A DNA stretch of 63,972 bases, counting the filler, from Reticulomyxa filosa (lineage: Eukaryota; Protista; Foraminifera): the NCBI GenBank assembly GCA_000512085.1. It is 19 parts of 19 records of this genome, joined end to end, with 100 filler letters (N's around TTAATTAATTAA, not from the genome) between each part and the next. Parts side by side here need not be neighbours in the genome. Positions count along the whole stretch, not along the records: positions 22,781 to 33,015 come from ASPP01002456.1; positions 33,116 to 34,556 come from ASPP01003971.1; positions 34,657 to 35,779 come from ASPP01050511.1; positions 35,880 to 38,384 come from ASPP01020134.1; 15 more parts are not named here. The stretch is one strand, 5' to 3'. The notes beneath the pieces were generated by a model that had not been told where the DNA came from, did not search any database, and saw only the letters and a program-made list of their open reading frames with translations. Made by a program: the position numbers and the translations under genes. This document shows, piece by piece, positions 24,067 to 35,959 of this stretch (positions within the stretch are counted from its first letter, which is position 1; every line of letters starts with the position of its first letter).

Positions 24067-27000
24067 CCCAAAGAATTTTTCAAAGAATTTCTGAAGTTTC
24101 TCAAGTGCATTAGATTTTTTCTTAGCACGTGATTTATCTTTATCGAACATTAACACGGGAGGAATAATATTTGCAAATGCCGTTCCATTTGATTTCAATT
24201 CACCATCACGGAAAGCGTTGGCAATAAATCTGCGCGTTTCTTTTGGCTTAAGATTTTCTTCAGTAATAATACGCTCAAGTTCTTCTGCTTTGCTCTCATC
24301 CGTAAATATACACCAATCTTTGTCCACATCGGTATTAGCGTTAAGTGTATTAATAAAACCCTCAATAAGCTCTTTCTTGCTTCGGAGCTCAATGCTGGAA
24401 TTCATTGCTTTTTCTATAGTAATTAGGATTTCCTTGTCTTTCATAAGCGATTTATGGTATTTTGCAACCATTTGTAGGATAAAATCGATGTTAATAGTAA
24501 CCTGTTTAACTAACTCTATCTCAAAAACAATATCATCGTTTATGTTCTCTTTGTCCGCCTCTCTTCGCTTACGTATCTTCTCATAAAGATCGAGGTAGAC
24601 ACTCTGATAATCTTGAAAGTCTCTTTCATTCAAAATTTCATTACCTTTAAATTCATCAAATGACAATAGGATGTTGCGCAATCGCAAAATAGCACCCCAT
24701 AGCTTAATAAAATCCTTTTCTGCTTGTTCACCTTCAAAAAAAATTGGCAAAGGGAAACGTTCCTGCAATTCTGAGATAAGTTCAATGTAGCCACGCTGAT
24801 GAGTTCCATCCTTCTTCCAACCATTGTAATAATCATTGTATGATTTCAAGAGAACAATTCCGCTAGCTTCTTTATTGCCAAATATTGATAGCGCATCATT
24901 GGTAGCTTGCTCCAAGTCGCGGAAGCAGACTATATTTCCAAAGATTTTGACAGAATTCAAGATTCTATTAGTACGAGAAAATGCCTGTAAAAGTCCATGA
25001 TGACGTAAATTTTTATCTATCCATAAAGTATTAAGGGTCGTAGCATCAAAGCCAGTCAAAAACATATTTACAACAATCACTAGATCGATTTCTCGGTTCT
25101 TTATTCGATCTGATAAGGCTTTGTAGTAATTTTCAAACTTTTGCGAGCTTGTATCAAAACTTGTTCCAAAATTCTTGTTATAGTCTGTTATTGCATTATC
25201 TAGAAAATCGTGGGAAGATTTATCCAATCCAGTGGTGTCAAAATCTTCGTCAGGCAGGATACCTTCATCACTTTCAGTTTCATTTGCTCCGAAACTATAA
25301 ATAATTCCAATTTTTAGTTCTGTATTTCTGGACTTAAACTCTTCGTAATATTTCTTAGCTACTTCAATAGAGCTTACTGCGAAGATTGAATTGAATCCAT
25401 ACAAGCGTTTGCCTTTAATTGTGTAACGCTCATTTCGCTTTGTTTTTTGATCAAAATGCTCAAGAATATACTCAGTTACTTGCTTAATACGTTCAGGTGA
25501 ATTAGCAGCAGCCTCAATATCAATGGCAAGAACTTTTTTATCCTTAATATCATCCTTCATTTTCAAGGTGTTAATATAATCAATCCTAAATGGCAAAACA
25601 TTTTCATCATTGATTGCATCCACAATAGTGTAAGTATGAAGTTTTTGTCCAAAAGCCTGTTCTGTGGTTTTCAGGTATGGATTGCCGCCAGAAGATGAAT
25701 TTGCAGCAAAGATAGGCGTGCCAGTAAATCCGAAGATATGGTATTTATTAAATGCTTTGGTGATTTGCGAATGCATTTCACCAAACTGAGAGCGGTGGCA
25801 CTCATCAAAAATCAATACTATATGCCCATTAAAGACCCTATGTCCCTTGTTTCCAACAATAAACTTAGATAGCTTCTGAATAGTTGTGATGATGATTTTC
25901 GAGTTTGCATCACCAAGCTGCTTTGCCAAAATCGCCGTGCTGGTATTAGAATTAGCCGCTCCTTTCTTAAATTTGTCATATTCCTTCATAGTTTGATCAT
26001 CAAGATCTTTGCGATCCACAACGAAAATTACCTTGTCAATTTTATCAAGACGACTCGCAAGCTGCACGCTTTTAAAGCTGGTTAGTGTTTTCCGCTGCCA
26101 GTTGTGTGCCATATATACCCGCCCGCGTCAATAGTTCCAAGTTGCTTATGATTTGTTGCTAAGGCAATTTTATTTAGGATACGCTCTGCGGCTGCAATCT
26201 GATAAGGGCGCATCACCAACAGCAATTTATCGGTGGTGAAAACACAATAGCGGGTCAAAACTGAGAGTACGGAATGCTTTGAGAGGAAGGTTTTACCGAA
26301 ATCTACAAGGTCGGAGATGCGCTTGTTTTTGCCGTCCGTCCACCAGCTGGTAAATTCAAAGCTGTTACTGGTTTTCTTGCCCGATGATTTTCCTGCCTGT
26401 TCTTTCAGATGTGCGTTGCGGGTCGTGTTTGAATAGTATTTTGTGTGCGTTCCGTTGGAGATAACGAACAACTGCACATATTCAAAAAGCCAGCTTTCTG
26501 CCCAGAAACTATCACGCTGATAACGGTTGATCTGCTTGAAAGCCTCACGGATGGCAACGCCGCGCCGTTTAAGTTCAATATGAATGAGCGGCAAGCCATT
26601 AACCAGCACGGTCACGTCATAACGGTTTTTGCGTGCGCCCTCAGTTTCATACTGATTGATGACCTGAAGCGAATTGTTGTGGATGTTATCTTTATCAAGG
26701 ATGCGGATATTCTTGGTCGAGCCGTCATCTCGCTTGAGGTTATAGATATAATCCTCTTGCACCCTGGTTGTTTTCTCCTCGATGGTATCATTCTTGTTGG
26801 CAAGATAATGATTAAAAATTTGATTCCACTCAGTATCCGAGAAATTCACATTGTTCAGGCGTGACATCTGATTGCGGAGGTTCATCACCAGATCGTCATT
26901 ACTTCTGATGGTCAGATATTCATAGCCGTTTGATTGCAGGATGCGGATGAACTCAACCTCAAGCTCGTTTTCTGATTGATATTTTTGTGCTCCAACTTCA

Positions 27001-27068
27001 GTCGAAATATACTCGGCAACTACTGTGCTGTTTGGATTTTCGGCAATGTTTTTATAACAGGTCATCAA
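24061..27068 (-). CDS. hsdR: Type I restriction enzyme R subunit (one -1 homopolymer slip in Walker A)
   Basis: RYDVTVLVNGLPLIHIELK (nuclease), AFKQINRY, MRPYQ, GGYIWHTTGSGK/TLTSFK, VVDRKDLD, IFDECHRS, FGFTGTP, MFLTGFD, QAFSRTNR. One A is missing at about 26090. Confidence 0.96.
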
Positions 27069-28171
27069 GCAACCTCCTGAAAAGTTAGCAACTTGTTGCG
27101 ATAATATTCGTACTGCTTGCGACGAGCTGAAATTTCTGCAGGCAAACCTTTTGAAATGTCATTCACCAGAGCATCGAACTTATCAAGGATTGAGACGATG
27201 CGGTTTTGCTCTTCAAGCGGTGGAACGGGGATAATCAAACTTTTTAATCTACCAACTGCTAGCCCTGGCTGTGCCGACTTAAAGGCATATTGATTAAGAT
27301 TCATAAAAGTAAACATATGAAATGCCCAATCTATATTTATAAATTCATTTGCGGTCACGACAACTGCATGTTCAGTCGCATAGAATTTTCCCTTTGCACG
27401 TTTTACATTACCGCAAAGCGCGCCATCTTTACCTATGGAATATATTCACCATCATGACTATATTTTTCAACAAAGCCTCTTATTCTTCCTCCTCCATAGC
27501 AATTATATTTATGGCTGTCATTTGGTATAGCTACTATCTTTGTTGCTGCAATATGTTCACCTACTCTCATATAAACTATTTCAGCCATTTTCTTAAAACT
27601 CACGTTTTTTAAGCTTAATAACTTTTCACGATAGTAATCGTATTGCTTACGACGGGCTTCTAGCTCTGCTTCTAGCTCTGCTTCTAGCTCTGCTTCTAGC
27701 TCTGCTTCTAGCTCTGCGAAAGCATCTAATACTTTCACAATCTCTTGCTGGATAGAAAGTGGCGGGACAGGAATTTTTATTTTATTTAATATTTGCATTG
27801 TTAAGCTTGGGCGGCCTGATCCAGAATCTAAAGATAGTAAATCAATGGTTTTCATGAAATGATAAAAAAATTTAGGAGCAATTTGTGCACTATCTATTTC
27901 AGTATAATAAATAGTATCAACATTCCAAAAAGGGGTTTCAATATAAAATAAATTTCGTAATAGTGCCTTTTCGAGGAATTAGTACTGTTGGCTTATTATA
28001 AGAATATGTGTCAACATAGGTCAAAATGCCACCAGATCCATAAACTGGAATATTGCCATTTTTAAGCTTTTTATAGTCTTTACCATGCTTAATTGTCGCT
28101 ACTTCTTCTAACTTCTTAAATTCTACCTCGTTTAGACAATATTTAGCAATCATGGCATCAATTTTGCTCAC
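27065..28171 (-). CDS. hsdS: Type I RM specificity subunit, type IC-like (two homopolymer slips)
   Basis: Two target-recognition domains, each followed by IPVPPL..Q..IV..LD.F and RRKQY.YYR.KLL. Frame is restored by removing one A at about 27953 (TNLFYIETPFWNVDT) and adding one T at about 27439 (EYISIGKDGALCGNV). Confidence 0.93.
27656..27717 (-). repeat. Five perfect 12-bp tandem repeats encoding (AELE)5 in the HsdS central spacer
   Basis: GCTTCTAGCTCT x5 on the plus strand. Confidence 0.97.
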
Positions 28172-28173
28172 TT

Positions 28174-29187
28174 CTAGCTTCCCTTTTTCTCAATCGACTT
28201 CATTGCCTTATCAAAATCCGATGTAATCTTTTGGGTCTGATTGAATGCTTTGTACTCTTTCTCTGCTTTGTTATCCGCTTGTTGCTTGTTGATCTTACCC
28301 TTATCCGTCAGGATTTTGTATTTTCTGAATGCTAAAAATTCATTTACACTTTTTGAAAATTCCTCCATCGTAAAACTATTTTCGCGTTCGATAAGATCTT
28401 CTATATAATCAAAATACCCTGAAACTGCACGCTCTAAACGTTTAATATCTTTCTCTGCCAAATAGTTTTCGGCTATCGTAACATCAGATTTAAGTATGCG
28501 TTCATCAGGGGAATTTTTCCATGTTGTTAGTCCCATATGATCTTTATTGCGATCAGCATTTAAGTAAATAATTTCAGCAGCAGTCTGACCAGAAATCGCG
28601 AAATGAAACTTGTTTTGTACCATTGCATAAAAATCTTTTGTCACTGAGGAGTTACGATCATAATCAAAACTGCATTCAGCAAAAATATCTGTAATTTGCT
28701 GCCAAATGCGCCGTTCACTTGCACGAATAGAGCGAACACGTTCCAAAAGCTCACGGAAACAATCCTTGCCAAAAACACTTATTCCCTGCTTTAGCCGCTC
28801 ATCGTCCATCACAAATCCTTTCTGGATAAACTCCTTGAGAATCTTGGTTGCCCAGATTCTAAACTGAGTTGCCTTTGAGGAATTAACACGATAACCCGCG
28901 GAAATTATGGCATCAAGATTATAGAAATTTGTTTCTTTTGTTTGAATTTTATCTGCAATTGCGCCGTGCTGAGTGGTTATTTCCATTTTGGAAATAACCA
29001 GTTTCTCATCTAGTTCCCCTTCTTCAAAGATATTCTTTAAATGCTTATTTATTGCAGGAATCTGAACGTCAAAAAGCTTAGCTATCGCTTTTTGAGTTAG
29101 CCAGATGGTTTCGTCCTTAATAACGACATCAACTTTGATGTCCTCATGGGGAGTATTATATATTAAAAATTGGAGTTCTTTGCTCAT
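28174..29187 (-). CDS. rhuM: RhuM-family DNA-binding protein
   Basis: ETIWLTQKAIAKLF, INKHLKNIFEEGEL, FYNLDAIIS.GYRVNS..ATQFR.WAT, KGFVMDDERLK, ELLERVRSIRASERR, VQNKFHFA..GQTAAEII, MGLTTW. Start overlaps the hsdM stop. Confidence 0.93.
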   Translation of the reverse strand: MSKELQFLIYNTPHEDIKVDVVIKDETIWLTQKAIAKLFDVQIPAINKHLKNIFEEGELDEKLVISKMEITTQHGAIADKIQTKETNFYNLDAIISAGYRVNSSKATQFRIWATKILKEFIQKGFVMDDERLKQGISVFGKDCFRELLERVRSIRASERRIWQQITDIFAECSFDYDRNSSVTKDFYAMVQNKFHFAISGQTAAEIIYLNADRNKDHMGLTTWKNSPDERILKSDVTIAENYLAEKDIKRLERAVSGYFDYIEDLIERENSFTMEEFSKSVNEFLAFRKYKILTDKGKINKQQADNKAEKEYKAFNQTQKITSDFDKAMKSIEKKGS

Positions 29188-30765
29188 AAATTTTCCCTTT
29201 CTAGGTCTGCCACAATAGCATCAATCTGCGTGCGTAATTCCGTTTGACGTTTAACAATGTGTGCTATGTGGGCATTTAGCTCTGTTATATCAACAATCTC
29301 ACGTGTGTCTTTTTGCTTCACATAAGTGCTAGCGCCTATATTGTAATTATTCCCTGCAATCTCGGCATGCTCAACAAGGCGTGAAAAATATTCGTGGCTT
29401 TTTCGAGCCGCATAACAGTCTAAGATTTTTTTTACGTTTGCATTCGTCAGTTTGTTTTTAGCTGACCTACGGACAAATTCATCAGAGGCATCAATAAATA
29501 ATGTTTTGTTATCATACTTATTCCTTTTCAATACCAAGATGCAAGTGGCAATGGTTGTTCCAAAAAATAAATCGGGCGGTAATTGGATAACTGCGTCAAC
29601 AAAATTGTTATCGATTAGATATTGCCTGATTTTTTGTTCACCACCACCACGATACATTACACCTGGAAAACAAACAATAGCTGCTGTACCATTTGTAGCC
29701 AGCCATGAAAGTGCATGCATAACAAAAGCCAAATCTGCCTTAGATTTAGGGGCAAGTATACCAGCTGGCGTAAAACGCTCGTCATTAATTAGGATAGGAT
29801 TTGCATCTCCATCCCATTTTATGGAATAAGGAGGATTAGAAACTATAGCTTCAAAAGGCTCATCATCCCAATGTTTTGGTTCGGTCAATGTGTCACCGTG
29901 GGCAATATCAAACTGCTCATAGTTAATGTCGTGCAGAAACATATTAATGCGGCAAAGATTATAAGCTGTAATGTTGATTTCCTGACCATAGAATCCATTA
30001 CGGATGTTCTCTTTACCCAAAACCTTAGCAAATTTGAGAAGAAGTGAGCCAGAACCACATGCTGGGTCATAGACCTTGTTGATTTCTGTTTTGCCTACGA
30101 GCGTAATCCGCGCAAGAAGTTCAGAAACCTCTTGGGGTGTGAAGAATTCACCTCCTGATTTACCTGCATTGGCAGCATACATGGTCATCAGGTATTCATA
30201 AGCATCACCAAAAAGGTCAATAGAATTTTCACCATAATTGCCAAGATTTAAATCCCCAATGGCATTCATCAGCTTAACAAGCAGCTCATTACGTTTGGTA
30301 ACAGTTGCACCAAGTTTATTGCTATTGACATCTATATCATCAAACAGGCCGCGCATATCATTTTCACTGTCTGTGCCTTTGGCCGATGCTTCAATGTTTT
30401 TGAAAAATTTTTTCAAGAGTTTCGTTTAGGTTAGTATCGCTAGCAGCTTGCTTTCGGACGTTATCAAACAGTTCGCTCGGATGAATAAAAAAACCCTTTT
30501 CTTCAAGAATTTGTTCTCGGCCACGCTCAGCTTCCTCATCTCTACGCTTGGAATAGCTGAAACTTTTTTCACCAGCTTCATGCTGCTTTTCATTAATATA
30601 GGATGTAAGATTTTCAGAGATAAAACGATAAAATAGCATTCCAAGAACATACTGCTTAAAGTCCCAACCATCAACACTGCCACGCAGGTCGTTAGCTATC
30701 CTCCAGATGGTAGAGTGCAATACTGCGCGTTCTTGTTCTTTTTTGTTATCCACTAAATTATTCAC
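29184..30765 (-). CDS. hsdM: Type I RM methyltransferase subunit (one +1 homopolymer slip)
   Basis: IWRIANDLRGSVDGWDFKQYVLG.LFYRFISE; GKSGGEFFTP; YDPACGSGSLL; NPPY. One extra T at about 30405. Confidence 0.96.
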
Positions 30766-31009
30766 ATCATAAAAATTTTTAACTAATAATTCATTTTTGA
30801 CATTATTAAACTCAATATCAAATTTAATTAATAAAGTAGGTTAAAAAAAATTTATAACCATAAATACAATGTTATTTTTTCAATTCCGATACTTTCAACC
30901 GTATTTGATTGAATTTACTAGTATTTTTTACTAAAAAATAAGGTAATTTTTCATAAAGATAAAGCCTTTAATTTAGATCAGTTTTAGCTTAAGCTCTATT
31001 CAGGGAGAT

Positions 31010-31389
31010 ATGTTTTTAAAAAAAGATAATCTTATTATTGTCTAACAAGACCGTCTGAGCTATTTTTTCTTCAAAAACATTTTAGTATTTATTGTAAAAA
31101 ATCTGGAGAAAGAAAATTATTTAACAAAGAACATGTTTTTCCTAAGTCAATAACTGGAGCCATTACAAATAATTTTGTAATTGTAGCTAACTATAAGGTT
31201 AGTAATTATGCGATTTGCAGGCATTGTAATCAATATTTTGGTGATAATATTGAAGTTTTTTGTCTCAGAGGTTTAATATTTACTGATAAAAGAAAAGAAA
31301 GTAATATTTGGTCAGAAAATTCTAAAGTAAATATTAACAATCATTTAATTACTTACCAAGGTGAAGGATATATAAAAATTCTTTATTAA
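31010..31389 (+). pseudogene. HNH endonuclease remnant (HNH_5-like), absent from the ORF track
   Basis: Frame 31030-31389 reads SIYCKKSG...KEHVFPKSITG...AICRHCNQYFGDNIE. The GGAG + ATG at 31010 is out of frame with it, and the first Cys codon appears as AGT (Ser). Confidence 0.7.
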
Positions 31390-31731
31390 ATGTTACCACT
31401 AATGAAAAAAATCAAGAAATTGTCAATTTTAAAATCAAGTAGGGTTCAAAATTAAAAATGAGAACCATTATGAATATTGTAGCTTGGAAAATATAAATAA
31501 TTTCCCGAATTTTGAAAAAGTAAAAAGTAAATATGATTTTCTTTCTAAAAATTCTTATTTTCTTACCCAATATCCCATTAATAGGGAGAAATTATTAAGT
31601 TGCAATTACTTTTTTAACAAAGCTATCAATTTCACTAACCAAATCATTTTTGATGGAGAGACTAATATGTGACCATACTTAATAATAAAATGTCTCTCTT
31701 GTTAACTCATTTTTGGTCTGATCATTTGGGG

Positions 31732-32639
31732 TCACTTCACCTCGTCTACAAAAAATTCAGAAAAGAATTTTTTATCTAATACTTTTTCTAATTGTGTCGT
31801 ATTACTAAAAATCTGATATTCCTTAATAGGGTTATTTATATGCTGTTTTAGCGTTTTCTTATTAATCTGAATTACTAAATCATTGATATCGAATGTTTTC
31901 ATCATATCACGAAATATACCAATACTTTTTTCTGAGATGCAAAAGAATACCTTATTAGGTGTAAAAGGAAAGCATATATCAAATCTATCTGCGCTAAATA
32001 AATTGTTATAAATAACAGGATAATTCGAAGTAATTAAAACATAGTCTGATTTAGAAACATCATAAATAAAAATACTTCCTTTACCCAAATCACGTATAAA
32101 ATTTTGCTTAGATCTTGACCAAAACGGCTGAGAAATACCGCTTATTGGTAAGTTGCGTATTTCTTCGTCTAGTGACAAAGCCATCTTCATATGATAATAT
32201 TCATCAAAAGTAAAGCTTTGCTTAAACATCATGTATTTTATTTGATTTTCTGCCTCTTGTTTAGCTGACTGCTCTTTAAGCAGACGAACAACGTGTGGAG
32301 TCCTTATTTTTAGATCTAAACAAAATCTAATATTTGCCTCTTTTCATTCAAATCTAGATCCTGAGTAGTCGACTTTAGTTTTTTAAAAACCTTTCCCAGC
32401 TTTTGTTCTTTTTTAGCAAAAGCATTTTCTATTGATATTTTATTTTTCTCATCTTTTGTATCGAGCCAATATAGTTGATTTTCTTTTACATATGAGTTTC
32501 CTGGAGTAAAGAATCCCATTTTTTTGTATTTTCCGATTTCTGTTTGATATCTAAAAGCTGAATAATAAGGCTGTTCTGTAATATACCATTGTTTTAAGTA
32601 TGTTGATGGAATAAAATGATTAGCCGTGTATTGGTTCAT
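31732..32639 (-). CDS. DUF4238 domain protein (one homopolymer slip)
   Basis: N-terminal NHFIPSTYLKQW, ENQLY, IENAF...E. Adding one T at about 32319 gives DFVLDLKIRTP, in frame with ORF 31732-32232, which contains LITSNYPV and FPFTP. Confidence 0.8.
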
Positions 32640-33994
32640 GCATAATACTTATTAAACTGGTTGCTTTATATTTCTTATACAACAAAATGAAACTGTTGCC
32701 ATTATACATTAACATATTAATGCTTTTAATACCATAATTAACAAAACAATTCATTTAAAGATAATGTTTTATCTATTCTAGGTTTAGGTGCTTTAGGTTA
32801 TTTAATATATGAAGCCTCTAAAAGTTCAGAGTCATATTATACAACTCCAACATATAGTAAGACAGCTATTGGAACCATACGCGTCAAGTTAAGGGTTTAT
32901 GACAATCAGTTTTATGGCAGAGAGTGTGGATATCCTAGTGTGTCTATACCTATCTTTTATGGAGAATTTCGACCAAGCTTTTATAAGGTGGGCAAGAAAT
33001 TTTTTTAAACCTTTCNNNNNNNNNNNNNNNNNNNNNNNNNNNNNNNNNNNNNNNNNNNNTTAATTAATTAANNNNNNNNNNNNNNNNNNNNNNNNNNNNN
33101 NNNNNNNNNNNNNNNTTTTTTTTTTGCTTTAATTTAACAAATTATTCGCGATATAGTCAAACAATAGTTGAAAACAAGATCTTGAGAAACCAATTCTACA
33201 ACAATCAGTTCATAATTCTTGTAATATTCCAATGAAACTCATTCCCTTCATAAATTTAATTTTTTAAAAAAAGGCTTTCTGTAAGTTGTTCTTTAAGACA
33301 AATATAAATTATGTCCATCTTCCAAACTGCTGGCTTGCACTTGAATATTCCATCTTCTTGGAATCAAGCTAGATTAGTTAAGACTGCTTGTAATAATATT
33401 ACATCTATTCTACACTAAAAAAATAACTTTAAATTGGAGATTAGCCATCTTTAAGTGTAAAATTTGTCGAATAAATGCAGCACTTTCAATCTTTAAGGTA
33501 AAACAAGGATTATCAAATATTTTAAAAATCTTGTTTAAAATGTTTTTACCTAAAAAAAGAAGTTATAGTATTGACGTTTATCTATTTGATTGACTATACG
33601 AACGCAATTACATAAATTGAATTAACAATTTAAATGAAAAAATAATTTTAATTTAAATAAAATTTAATCTTAATTTTGTATTTTATGTGGAAAAAGAATT
33701 AACTGTCATTGTGAATCAAGCATATACATATACTCATTAGCTTTGAACGTACATGAGTTATTTGTAATAGATTCAGCTTGATTAGCATATTATGTGCACG
33801 ATATTACGTGGTATTTCTACCAAAATGCTTATGTACGATATATCGTTATTTAAGCTATGACATATTTTTGTATTAACACAATTGTTTAGATACTCGAAAT
33901 ATACATTACACCTTTATTTTTATTTTTAAAAAAAATGTGAAAAAGTAACTATCACAAAAGATTGTAGGGTGTCTACTGTATAGAGCTACACTAA

Positions 33995-34540
33995 ATGCAA
34001 TACGAAAAGGTTTTACTCAAATTGTATTTTGTTACCAAATTGATTTTTTTAAAACGAGTAATTTCGAAGAAGCGTTGTGTGCTAATATACGACTTAACCA
34101 AAAATGGCTCCATCATTCCAAAGATCTATCAGATCAAAGACGTATCATCAGATGTTGAGAATGAAGACAAGAGTCGCCCCAAATTCATAAGTTTGACCAA
34201 ACCCAAAGAATCGGTTTCCGAATCATTAGATCCGTTTTTTATCACACAACCATCCTTGCCTCTACGATCTGCTATACAATTATGGCTACATTTGAAAAAC
34301 AACCACTTATCTTTAGTGTTGGATGATTCTAATCACGCTGATTATGATCTCAACGAAAATTTCAACAAAAAACAATTGTTTGTCAAGATCACGGAAATCA
34401 TGGGTATGGACAGCGCAAGAATCAAAGAATATCAAGAATGGTTTGATATTGGCATTGCTGATTGGATTCATCACTTTGGAATTGCAATCAATAAAATTGT
34501 AAAAAGGAAACAGATTGTGACAAAAAAATATCAACAATAG
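33995..34540 (+). CDS. Hypothetical protein or terminal exon
   Basis: 181-codon ORF in AT-rich sequence. No recognised motif. Confidence 0.35.
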   Translation: MQYEKVLLKLYFVTKLIFLKRVISKKRCVLIYDLTKNGSIIPKIYQIKDVSSDVENEDKSRPKFISLTKPKESVSESLDPFFITQPSLPLRSAIQLWLHLKNNHLSLVLDDSNHADYDLNENFNKKQLFVKITEIMGMDSARIKEYQEWFDIGIADWIHHFGIAINKIVKRKQIVTKKYQQ

Positions 34541-35027
34541 GAATACTTTTTTTTTTNNNNNNNNNNNNNNNNNNNNNNNNNNNNNNNNNNNNNNNNNNNN
34601 TTAATTAATTAANNNNNNNNNNNNNNNNNNNNNNNNNNNNNNNNNNNNNNNNNNNNTCGGTTCAGCATCGTGTGACTGTGAGAGGTGGAAGTGCTTTTAA
34701 TCTTACAGCGTATCTTGTCCTCAGTTGCTTTAAGTGTACCGATGTGCAAATTCCTGGTAACTGAGATAGTAAATCTTTTACTGGAAACGGGCGACTTGTG
34801 TGAAGGGTATCGATCCTTGTTTAGCCTTAAGAGTGTTCGACGCTTTCGGGAAATTGGCATTATCGAGGCAAATACGTGTCTTTTGTGTTTGGCAGAACTC
34901 CGAGAGTCGGGTAATTTCTACTGAACATCGGGCAAAACCGAAACCCAATAGATGATAACAAGGCTTGTGAAAGCGATTCGGACGGTCGAGGCAAGGTGTT
35001 TTTACCCAATAGGCTATACTGCAAGCC

Positions 35028-35779
35028 ATGCTGGGACAAAATACCCCACATGGAATTGGATCAAGCATCCGATCTAATGGTAAGGCAGACATGTTAACTA
35101 CACTTCCGAACATGTCTGCCACTAGTGAATTATCAAATGCCAGTATGCATGGTAGCATTGGAAATGGATATAGAGTTGGAAATGGAATTGGACATGGTAT
35201 TGACATGCATGATTCCAGAAACAATAAATAACAACAATCCAAAATAACGTCGAATGATAATATGGATGTCATACATTTTCTGGAAATTTCAGGACATTAT
35301 TTGTTCATTTTGCAGTTATGTTAATGATCAGCAACTAAGTAAGCTTGCTAATAACTTCAATGATTCTGCTGAACAAAAGAAAAAACGAGAAGAAGCAGTG
35401 ATAAATCCCGAATTAATGGATATATCCTGCTTCGAGGTGTATCAATTCACGAAAGTGAAAATGAAATTAAAGAAACATTGGAGGATTATGGACATCAAAT
35501 ACAAGAGGTGAAACGATTCCATAAAATGCCGATTGTCAAAATTATCAAATTCTAGTGATGTCGTTAAGATATTGAAAGACAATGACATTCAAATTGGATA
35601 TTCAATGGTGAAGGTAGAGTCATTTGATAAAAATAAATACAGACCAAAATTGCATTTCAAGCAATGCAGAAACTGCTATAGATTGAACTAAGTTGCTCGT
35701 GAATATCCAAAGAAACGCAAAGTTGTAAATATTGTGGATTGGCAAATCACGAAGCAGCTAAATGTCGAAATAAGAACGA
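35028..35779 (+). mobile_element. Degenerate non-LTR retrotransposon ORF1 (gag-like, CCHC zinc knuckles)
   Basis: Manual translation of 35581-35779: IQIGYSMVKVESF...RPKLHFKQCRNCYRLN*VAREYPKKRKV(C)KYCGLANHEAAKCRNK. This is two knuckles; the first is inactivated by a stop and a C-to-Y change. Confidence 0.7.
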
Positions 35780-35959
35780 NNNNNNNNNNNNNNNNNNNNN
35801 NNNNNNNNNNNNNNNNNNNNNNNTTAATTAATTAANNNNNNNNNNNNNNNNNNNNNNNNNNNNNNNNNNNNNNNNNNNNCCAACCATTTCTATTTGTAGT
35901 TATGTTATTTGTTATTCTTTAATACAATGTTTACATATATATATATATATGCATATACA

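Noticed and set aside
24061-30765. Type I RM system as a pseudogenised or homopolymer phase-variable locus
   Set aside because: All four breaks are in short runs, catalytic motifs are intact and there are no nonsense substitutions. Sequencing error is more likely, although reads are needed to be certain.
22781-33015. Horizontal transfer of an RM island into the protist genome
   Set aside because: It is a separate contig with overlapping operon-style genes, no introns and no host-type microsatellites, and there is no physical link to eukaryotic sequence.
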